Assembly (NCBI GenBank): GCA_048213135.1
Contig: PS015009.1
Span: 1,798,001 to 1,862,000 of the forward strand
DNA: 64,000 nucleotides
Direction: 5' to 3'
Source: Reclinomonas americana ATCC 50394
Taxonomy: Eukaryota
The notes under the pieces were generated by a model. That model had not been told where the DNA came from and did no database searches. It saw only the letters and a program-made list of their open reading frames with translations. Position numbers and translations under genes: made by a program. Below, piece after piece: positions 57,563 through 64,000 of this stretch (positions are counted from its first letter, which is position 1; each line of letters starts with the position of its first letter).

Positions 57563-58744
57563 TTGTCTTCATCATCTGCTAATAACAAACTCATTCGTAT
57601 TACTACTGTGCCTATGGCCCTGCGTTACCTGCTGCCCGGCCAGATGCGTTTTATGAAAGAGCAGGGCTTTGATGTGATCATGATCAGCGCCGATGGAAAA
57701 GAACTGAAAGACGTAGTGGAACAGGAGCAATGCCCGCACATCATTGTCCCCATGACACGGAAGATAACACCATGGCAGGACCTGAAGTGTTTGTGGAAAT
57801 TGATAAAGATATTCCGGAAAGAAAAGCCCGGCATCGTACACACACATACACCCAAAGCTGGTCTGCTGGGTATGCTGGCCGCCAGGGTCGCCGGTGTTAA
57901 AGTACGTATACATACCGTGGCCGGGCTGCCCCTGATGGTGGAAACCGGCATGAAGTACCGCCTGCTGAAAGCCATGGAAAAGCTGACCTATGCTGCCGCA
58001 ACACAGGTGTGGCCCAACAGTCCATCATTACTATCTTATATAAAAGAACACAGGCTGGCAAAACCTTCCAAGCTGAATATAATAGCCAAAGGCTCTACCA
58101 ATGGCATCAACCTGCAAAGATTCAGCCCCGCCGCCATTGACGAACAAACGCTGGAAGAAGTAAAGAAAAGCATACAATATGAAGGAGGAAATATCTACCT
58201 GCTTTGTATAGGACGGCTGGTGAAAGATAAAGGCATAGTGGAACTGGTAGATGTATTCGCCCGTCTGCAGCAGACCATACCTTCATTGCGCCTGGTACTG
58301 GTAGGCGAGTATGAGCCCGCCCTGGATCCCCTTCCCGCCGCTACACATAACACAATAGAAAATAACCCGGCCATCATACACATCAACTGGAGCAACCAGG
58401 TGGAATACTTTATGGCCATGGCCGGTTATTTTGTATTTCCTTCGCACAGGGAAGGATTTCCCAATGTACTGCTGCAGTCCGGCGCCATGCAACTGCCTGT
58501 TATCTGCAGTGCTATTACAGGAAATGTTGATATTGTTAAACATGGTGAAACAGGGCTGGTATTTGAAAAAGGGAATCACGAACAACTGGAATCCTGTATC
58601 CGCTATGCGCTGCAGCATGGAGAGGAAGTAAAGCAGATGGCCGGTCGCCTGTATAGCGAGATCAGGGAAAACTATCAACGGGAGCATATCTGGAATGTTA
58701 TACTGAATAACTACCGGTCATTATTAAATGAAAAAAGGAACTGA
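57563..58744 (+). CDS. Glycosyltransferase family 4 (CapM/PglA-like)
   Basis: HTHTPKAGLLGM, GRLVKDKGI, PSHREGFPNV; TTG start. Confidence 0.9.
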   Translation: MSSSSANNKLIRITTVPMALRYLLPGQMRFMKEQGFDVIMISADGKELKDVVEQEQCPHIIVPMTRKITPWQDLKCLWKLIKIFRKEKPGIVHTHTPKAGLLGMLAARVAGVKVRIHTVAGLPLMVETGMKYRLLKAMEKLTYAAATQVWPNSPSLLSYIKEHRLAKPSKLNIIAKGSTNGINLQRFSPAAIDEQTLEEVKKSIQYEGGNIYLLCIGRLVKDKGIVELVDVFARLQQTIPSLRLVLVGEYEPALDPLPAATHNTIENNPAIIHINWSNQVEYFMAMAGYFVFPSHREGFPNVLLQSGAMQLPVICSAITGNVDIVKHGETGLVFEKGNHEQLESCIRYALQHGEEVKQMAGRLYSEIRENYQREHIWNVILNNYRSLLNEKRN

Positions 58745-59351
58745 TATGATCATCATCGGTTACAGCGGGCATTCGTTTGTGGTATGCGGTATTCTGAAAG
58801 CGGCAGGTATTACCGTTTCCGGTTACTGCGACAACGAAGAGAAAAAATACAATCCTTTTGGGCTTACCTATTTTGGTAAGGAATCTTCGGCTGCCGCACT
58901 GGAGCAGATCAAAAAGAACGGCTACTTTATAGCAATAGGCGATAACAGGACCAGGAAAAAAATATCTGACGGGCTGGCTGCGCAACAATATTATCCTTCC
59001 AATGCCGTTCATCCATCGGCAATAATTGACGCATCGGCCATTATTGGTGATAAAGGGGTGATGGTTGCCGCAGGTGCTGTACTGAACCCCCTTTCCCGTG
59101 TGGGCAATGGGGCGATCTGCAATACAGGTTGTATCATTGAACATGAATGCGAAGTGGGCGAATTTGCCCATATTGGTCCGGGCGCTGTGCTTTGCGGAAA
59201 CGTAAAAGTAGGGGAGCAGACCTTTATCGGCGCCGGCGCCATCATCAGACAGGGTGTCAGCATCGGCAGCCATGCCATGGTGGGTGCTGGATCGGTGGTG
59301 GTGAGGGATGTGCCTGACGGGACCACCGTAATGGGCGTGCCGGCCAGGTGA
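58728..59351 (+). CDS. PglD/NeuD-family sugar acetyltransferase
   Basis: IIGYSGH, AIGDN, IIEHEC, hexapeptide repeats, GVPA. Confidence 0.88.
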   Translation: MKKGTDMIIIGYSGHSFVVCGILKAAGITVSGYCDNEEKKYNPFGLTYFGKESSAAALEQIKKNGYFIAIGDNRTRKKISDGLAAQQYYPSNAVHPSAIIDASAIIGDKGVMVAAGAVLNPLSRVGNGAICNTGCIIEHECEVGEFAHIGPGAVLCGNVKVGEQTFIGAGAIIRQGVSIGSHAMVGAGSVVVRDVPDGTTVMGVPAR

Positions 59352-59403
59352 ACCAGCCTTGTTAACTGCACGTTCCCGGTTGTTAATTATCCGCTGCCTT
59401 AAC

Positions 59404-59411
59404 TATCTTTG
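59404..59411 (+). promoter_or_regulatory. Bacteroidota -7 promoter element
   Basis: TATCTTTG upstream of 59432. Confidence 0.55.
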
Positions 59412-59431
59412 CCACGCAAAAAAAATAACTC

Positions 59432-60403
59432 ATGAAAGTATTGGTTACAGGAGGCGCAGGATATATCGGATCGGTATTGGTGCGCCAGTTGTTAAATAAA
59501 GGATATGATGTAAGGGCGTTCGACTCCCTGAAATTCGGCGGCGACGCTTTGTATGACGTCATGCAGCATCCGAGGTTTGAATTTATGAAAGGGGATGTCC
59601 GTAATGCGGATGAGGTTGCCAAAGCTATTGAAGGCATTGATGCTATCGCCCACCTGGCAGCGATCGTAGGTGACCCTGCCTGCAAAAAGTTCAGTGAAGA
59701 GGCCAATGAGACCAACTGGGACGGCAGTGTAGCCCTGTTTGAAGCAGCCGAGAAAGCCGGTATCAAAAGGTTTGTATTTGCCAGTACCTGCAGTAACTAT
59801 GGTAAAATGCCCGATCCCAACTCTTTCGTGGTAGAAACATCAGAACTTAACCCTGTTTCCCTTTACGCGGAACTGAAAGTGAAGTTTGAAAAATACCTCA
59901 TCGAAGATCGTAAGGACAGTAACATGTGCAGTACGGCGCTCCGTTTCAGCACCGTATATGGGTTTTCCCCCCGCATCCGTTTCGATCTTACCGTAAATGA
60001 ATTTACCCGCAACGCTGCCGTTCACGGTGAACAGGAAATATGGGGCCCGCAGTTCTGGCGTCCTTATTGCCATGTAGATGACCTGGCCCGCGCTGTGGTA
60101 CTGGTTATTGAAAGCGATGAAGCTAAAGTGAGGGCCAATGTATTCAATGTAGGCAGCACTGAGGAGAACTATAACAAAGGAATGATCATTGAGGAAGTAT
60201 GCAAAGTGGTGCCCAATGTGAAAGTGAATTATGTAGACAGCAGCGAAGACCCCCGCGATTACCGTGTTAATTTCGATAAGATCAAAAACGAACTGGGTTT
60301 CACCATCACCAAAACCGTTCCCGATGGCGTTAAAGAGATTTACACCCTGCTTCGCACCGGTATCGTAACCGATCCTTTTGCACAGAAGTTCAGGAATATA
60401 TAA
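59432..60403 (+). CDS. NAD-dependent nucleotide-sugar epimerase/dehydratase
   Basis: TGGAGYIGS, HLAAIVGDPAC, STCSNYG, YAELK (YxxxK). Confidence 0.9.
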   Translation: MKVLVTGGAGYIGSVLVRQLLNKGYDVRAFDSLKFGGDALYDVMQHPRFEFMKGDVRNADEVAKAIEGIDAIAHLAAIVGDPACKKFSEEANETNWDGSVALFEAAEKAGIKRFVFASTCSNYGKMPDPNSFVVETSELNPVSLYAELKVKFEKYLIEDRKDSNMCSTALRFSTVYGFSPRIRFDLTVNEFTRNAAVHGEQEIWGPQFWRPYCHVDDLARAVVLVIESDEAKVRANVFNVGSTEENYNKGMIIEEVCKVVPNVKVNYVDSSEDPRDYRVNFDKIKNELGFTITKTVPDGVKEIYTLLRTGIVTDPFAQKFRNI

Positions 60404-60424
60404 CTGTATTTTACAATCGAATTG

Positions 60425-60455
60425 AACAGGCCCCCAGGGGCCTGTTTTTGTTTTA
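60425..60455 (+). terminator. Rho-independent terminator closing the glycan locus
   Basis: aacaggcccc / ggggcctgtt inverted repeat followed by a T-rich tract. Confidence 0.8.
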
Positions 60456-60543
60456 TGAAGACCATGGATACCCGGAGGTGAATGGCTCCTGTGATAAAAT
60501 GAGAGAATCGTTATTACCTTTACGAAAAATTTCACAATAACGT

Positions 60544-61884
60544 TTGGATAAAATACTGATCATAGACGATGAAGAAAAGCTGCGTAACCTGCTGGCCCGG
60601 ATCATCCGGCTTGAGGGATTTGATGTACAGGAGGCTGGTACAGCTAAAGCGGGCCTGAAATGCCTGGAGCAAGGCGATATTAATGTGGTAATCTGTGATG
60701 TGAAGCTGCCCGACGCCAATGGTGTGGACATGGTAAAAAAGGTTAAAGAACAGCATCCTGAAACAGAGATCATCCTCCTTACCGCTTATGGAAATATCCC
60801 CGATGGGGTACAGGCCATAAAGTATGGAGCATTCGATTATATAACAAAGGGAAATGATAATGATAAGATCATCCCGCTGATCAACCGGGCTACCGAAAGG
60901 GCGGCCCTTCAGAAAAAGATCAGGCAGCTGGAATCGAGAGTGGGAAAGAAGTATGACTTTGACAGCATCCTCGGTCACTCACCGGTTATACAGGCGGCAA
61001 TTACACTTGCGAAAAAAGTAGCGCCGCAAGATACAACGGTATTATTGCTTGGAGAGACCGGTACAGGAAAAGAGGTATTTGCCCAGGCGATCCATAACAG
61101 CAGCAAAAGAACCGATCAGAACTTCATAGCGCTCAACTGCAGTGCGTTTGGCAGGGAGTTGCTGGAAAGTGAGTTATTCGGACACAAGGCGGGTGCTTTC
61201 ACCGGTGCTATAAAAGAAAAGAAGGGATTGATTGAAGAAGCGGATAAAGGAACTCTTTTCCTGGATGAGATAGGGGAAATGCCGGTAGACCTGCAAAGTA
61301 AATTGTTACGGGTGCTGGAAACAGGGGAGTTTATTAAAGTTGGCGATACAAGGGCGGCTAAAGTGAACGTAAGGATCATTGCGGCAACTAACCGCGACCT
61401 GCAACAGGAAGTAAACGATGGCAAATTCAGGGAAGATCTTTTTTACCGGCTTAATGTATTTACGGTTACGCTGCCGGCCTTGAGAGAAAGAAGAAAGGAC
61501 ATTCAGGAACTGGCCGGACACTTTCTGAATATATTCGCCCGGAAATCCAATAAAAGGATTACTGGAACCAGCCCGGAGTTTATGGATCAACTGGTCCGGC
61601 ATGAATGGAAAGGAAACATTAGGGAGTTGAAAAATACTATAGAAAGGGCGGTCATCCTGGCAGATAAAAATGAACTTGATCTGGATGACCTGCCCTCCGA
61701 CTGGCAGCGACTGGAAAGTACGGCAGGCTCACTATCAGCTTTTGATCTTTCCAGTATGGAAAAACTGCATATCCAGCGTGTATTGAACCATACCAGGGGG
61801 AATAAAACAGAAGCCGCCCGGTTGCTGAACATTGGCCTTACTACCTTGTACCGGAAAATTGAGGAGTACCATATTTCCACTTAA
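60544..61884 (+). CDS. Sigma-54-dependent response regulator (NtrC family)
   Basis: Receiver domain (IIDDE, DVKLP), GETGTGKE, GAFTGA, LFLDEIGE, Fis-type HTH; TTG start. Confidence 0.95.
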   Translation: MDKILIIDDEEKLRNLLARIIRLEGFDVQEAGTAKAGLKCLEQGDINVVICDVKLPDANGVDMVKKVKEQHPETEIILLTAYGNIPDGVQAIKYGAFDYITKGNDNDKIIPLINRATERAALQKKIRQLESRVGKKYDFDSILGHSPVIQAAITLAKKVAPQDTTVLLLGETGTGKEVFAQAIHNSSKRTDQNFIALNCSAFGRELLESELFGHKAGAFTGAIKEKKGLIEEADKGTLFLDEIGEMPVDLQSKLLRVLETGEFIKVGDTRAAKVNVRIIAATNRDLQQEVNDGKFREDLFYRLNVFTVTLPALRERRKDIQELAGHFLNIFARKSNKRITGTSPEFMDQLVRHEWKGNIRELKNTIERAVILADKNELDLDDLPSDWQRLESTAGSLSAFDLSSMEKLHIQRVLNHTRGNKTEAARLLNIGLTTLYRKIEEYHIST

Positions 61885-61900
61885 AAATATTTCCTGGCCA

Positions 61901-61948
61901 TACCATTTTGATAAATACCCTTCCATTTTGGAAGGGTATTTATTTTTA
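61901..61948 (+). promoter_or_regulatory. Terminator-like hairpin overlapping candidate enhancer (UAS) repeats
   Basis: 15-bp perfect inverted repeat 61911-61925 / 61929-61943 then a T run; direct repeats taccattttgata (61901) and ttccattttggaa (61921), 20 bp apart. Confidence 0.6.
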
Positions 61949-62034
61949 ATGACCGGCTGCTGAAAAAAAAATTTGTCTTGTAAAGGCTTGTCTCTGCTGA
62001 ATCCTGCTTTTATGCCGCGTAGCCTGGCATTTGC

Positions 62035-62050
62035 AGGCACCCAGTTTGCC
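62035..62050 (+). promoter_or_regulatory. Sigma-54 (-24/-12) promoter of the kdp operon
   Basis: aGGCACccagtTTGC: GG (62036-37), N10, GC (62048-49). Confidence 0.7.
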
Positions 62051-62065
62051 TGTCACATGAAAAAC

Positions 62066-62188
62066 ATGGACGATCATCTTTCACAAAAGCGGGAACGCTT
62101 TCAATCTGCTTACCTGGTGCATGGACTATTCCTTTTTATTGTCCTTGCCGGAATAGCTTTTCGCGTAATCAATCATTATTTATGCTGA
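62066..62188 (+). CDS. Putative small single-TM protein (40 aa)
   Basis: MDDHLSQKRERFQSAYLVHGLFLFIVLAGIAFRVINHYLC; its stop overlaps the next ATG; alternative ATG at 62057. Confidence 0.4.
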   Translation: MDDHLSQKRERFQSAYLVHGLFLFIVLAGIAFRVINHYLC

Positions 62189-62265
62189 CACTTATCCTTA
62201 TTGTGGCCGGCATCGCCGGGTTTGTACTTTTTTTAAAATCCATCGACTGGTTCGATAAAATTTAA
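62182..62265 (+). CDS. Small hydrophobic membrane peptide upstream of kdpF (27 aa)
   Basis: MLTLILIVAGIAGFVLFLKSIDWFDKI; ends 3 nt before kdpF; not in the ORF track. Confidence 0.65.
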   Translation: MLTLILIVAGIAGFVLFLKSIDWFDKI

Positions 62266-62268
62266 GTT

Positions 62269-62346
62269 ATGACCATCATTTTCATCATTGCCATCCTGGT
62301 GTTTCTCTACATCTGCTATGTGCTTGTCAAACCAGAAAAGTTTTAA
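62269..62346 (+). CDS. kdpF: K+-transporting ATPase subunit F
   Basis: MTIIFIIAILVFLYICYVLVKPEKF with the Y..Y.L..PE.F signature, directly before kdpA. Confidence 0.9.
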   Translation: MTIIFIIAILVFLYICYVLVKPEKF

Positions 62347-62348
62347 TT

Positions 62349-64000
62349 ATGAATACAGAACTCATTGGTATCATTGTCATATTTGCTGTCGCAATCCTCC
62401 TGGCCATTCCGCTGGGAACCTATATCGGCAAAGTGTATAACGGTGAAAGAACATGGGCCGATCCTGTCTTTAACCCGATCGACAAATTCTTTTATAAGGC
62501 GGGCGGTATCAATCCTGCAAAAGGAATGACATGGCAACAGAGCCTTGCATCACTTCTTGCCATTAACCTGGTCTGGTTTCTTCTTTCCATGTTCATACTG
62601 ATGAATATGAGCTGGTTGCCGCTGAACCCTGATGGCAACCCGTCTATGCCTGCTGACCTCGCTTTTAACACCACGGTAAGTTTCGTTACCAACACCAACC
62701 TGCAACACTATTCAGGCGAAAGCGGCTTATCCTACCTGGGTCAAATGTCTCTTATGCTTTGGCAGTTTATCAGTGCCGGTACCGGCATGGCAATCTGTGC
62801 TGTTGCTATTAAAGCGCTGAAAGAAAAGAATACGGACAAACCCGGTAACTTTTTTGTGTACTGGGTAAGATCCTGTACAAGGGTATTACTTCCTGTCTGT
62901 TTAATAATCGCGGTATTACTGTTATGTAATGGTACACCAATGACTTTTGCCGGGAAAGATCAGTTGATTTCACTCCAGGGTGATACCATGCAGGTTTCCC
63001 GCGGCCCTGCGGCTGCAATGATCGCCATCAAGCAATTGGGTACTAACGGCGGCGGATTCTTCGGGGTTAACAGTGCTCACCCCTTTGAGAACCCTAATTA
63101 TTTTACCAATATGATAGAGAACATCGCTATCATACTTATCCCGATTGCCATGGTATTCGCACTGGGGCGCATGCTTCAGAAAAGGAAACTGGCCTGGATG
63201 ATATTTGGAGTAATGACAGCAGGGTTCCTGTTACTGCTGATCCCTTCAGTATATCTTGAAATGAAAGGCAACACTGCTATAAGCAGTATGGGAATCACAC
63301 AGCAACTGGGCAGTATGGAAGGAAAAGAAGTCCGGTTTGGACCGGCCGCTTCCGCGTTCTGGGGAATCACAACAACCGTAACCTCAAACGGATCGGTAAA
63401 TGCCATGCATGATAGTTTTACGCCTCTTACAGGAATGACTGCCATGCTGGGTATGATGATCAATTCCTTTTATGGAGGCGTAGGAGTGGGTTTGCTGAAC
63501 TTCTTTGTATTTATGGTAATTGCCGTGTTTATCAGCGGACTGATGGTAGGCCGTACACCTGAATTACTCGGAAAAAAGATAGAGGCGAAGGAAATGAAGA
63601 TAGCAGCCATTATCGCTCTTCTGCATCCTTTACTCATACTCGCCGGAACTGCCATTGCTTCACATATATATGCAGGTAACCCGGGTGCATATGCCAGCTG
63701 GCTCAACAATCCCGGCCAGCATGGGTTCAGCGAAATGCTATACGAGTTCACCTCCTCATCGGCCAATAATGGAAGTGGTTTTGAGGGGTTAGGTGATAAT
63801 ACACCCTTCTGGAATATTGCCTGCGGTATTGTGATGTTACTGGCCCGTTACCTGCCAATCATAGGGCCGGTGGCCATTGCAGGTATCATGGCGAAGAAAA
63901 AGTATGTTCCTGAAAGTGCCGGAACACTCAAAACAGATAATGCCACATTTGGTATCATGGTATTTGCGGTGATCTTCATTATTGCTGCATTGTCATTCTT
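62349..64000 (+). CDS. kdpA: K+-transporting ATPase subunit A, 3'-truncated by the window edge
   Basis: AFNTTVSFVTNTNLQHYSGE, IKQLGTNGGGFFG.NSAHPFENP, MEGKEVRFG, GRTPE.LGKKIE, ANNGSGF; missing from the ORF track because it has no stop in the window. Confidence 0.96.
   Translation, partial: MNTELIGIIVIFAVAILLAIPLGTYIGKVYNGERTWADPVFNPIDKFFYKAGGINPAKGMTWQQSLASLLAINLVWFLLSMFILMNMSWLPLNPDGNPSMPADLAFNTTVSFVTNTNLQHYSGESGLSYLGQMSLMLWQFISAGTGMAICAVAIKALKEKNTDKPGNFFVYWVRSCTRVLLPVCLIIAVLLLCNGTPMTFAGKDQLISLQGDTMQVSRGPAAAMIAIKQLGTNGGGFFGVNSAHPFENPNYFTNMIENIAIILIPIAMVFALGRMLQKRKLAWMIFGVMTAGFLLLLIPSVYLEMKGNTAISSMGITQQLGSMEGKEVRFGPAASAFWGITTTVTSNGSVNAMHDSFTPLTGMTAMLGMMINSFYGGVGVGLLNFFVFMVIAVFISGLMVGRTPELLGKKIEAKEMKIAAIIALLHPLLILAGTAIASHIYAGNPGAYASWLNNPGQHGFSEMLYEFTSSSANNGSGFEGLGDNTPFWNIACGIVMLLARYLPIIGPVAIAGIMAKKKYVPESAGTLKTDNATFGIMVFAVIFIIAALSF

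Overview
64 kb of a Bacteroidota chromosome, probably Chitinophagaceae-like (inferred from TAnnTTTG -7 promoter motifs, an UpxY antiterminator, short-period intergenic repeats and a sigma-54-type kdp region). Most of the window is surface-glycan biosynthesis. Left block (1-17842): GT4/GT2 glycosyltransferases, an O-antigen ligase/Wzy-like protein, a PglK-like ABC flippase and a phosphoglycosyl transferase. These enclose an unusual cassette of two cobalamin-binding radical SAM enzymes, one radical SAM enzyme with a twitch/SPASM-type C-terminus, three class I methyltransferases, a metal-dependent amidohydrolase and a Pol-beta-type nucleotidyltransferase. A short housekeeping spacer follows (galK, a NagX/HGSNAT-like membrane protein, an ABC-F ATPase). 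Right block (22527-60403): MurJ-like and Wzx flippases, a wHTH regulator, upxY, rfbB/rfbA, wbpD/wbpB, many glycosyltransferases, FkbM methyltransferases, an acyltransferase, asnB, glf, a deacetylase-formyltransferase pair, two counter-oriented paralogous GT-C/Wzy-like membrane proteins and a secreted tailspike-like beta-helix protein. The window ends with an NtrC-family regulator, a sigma-54 promoter, small membrane ORFs, kdpF and a truncated kdpA. The best candidate for an undescribed system is the radical SAM/methyltransferase glycan-tailoring cassette (3825-12290). No rRNA, tRNA, CRISPR array or transposase was recognised. All calls come from reading motifs by eye; no database searches were run.
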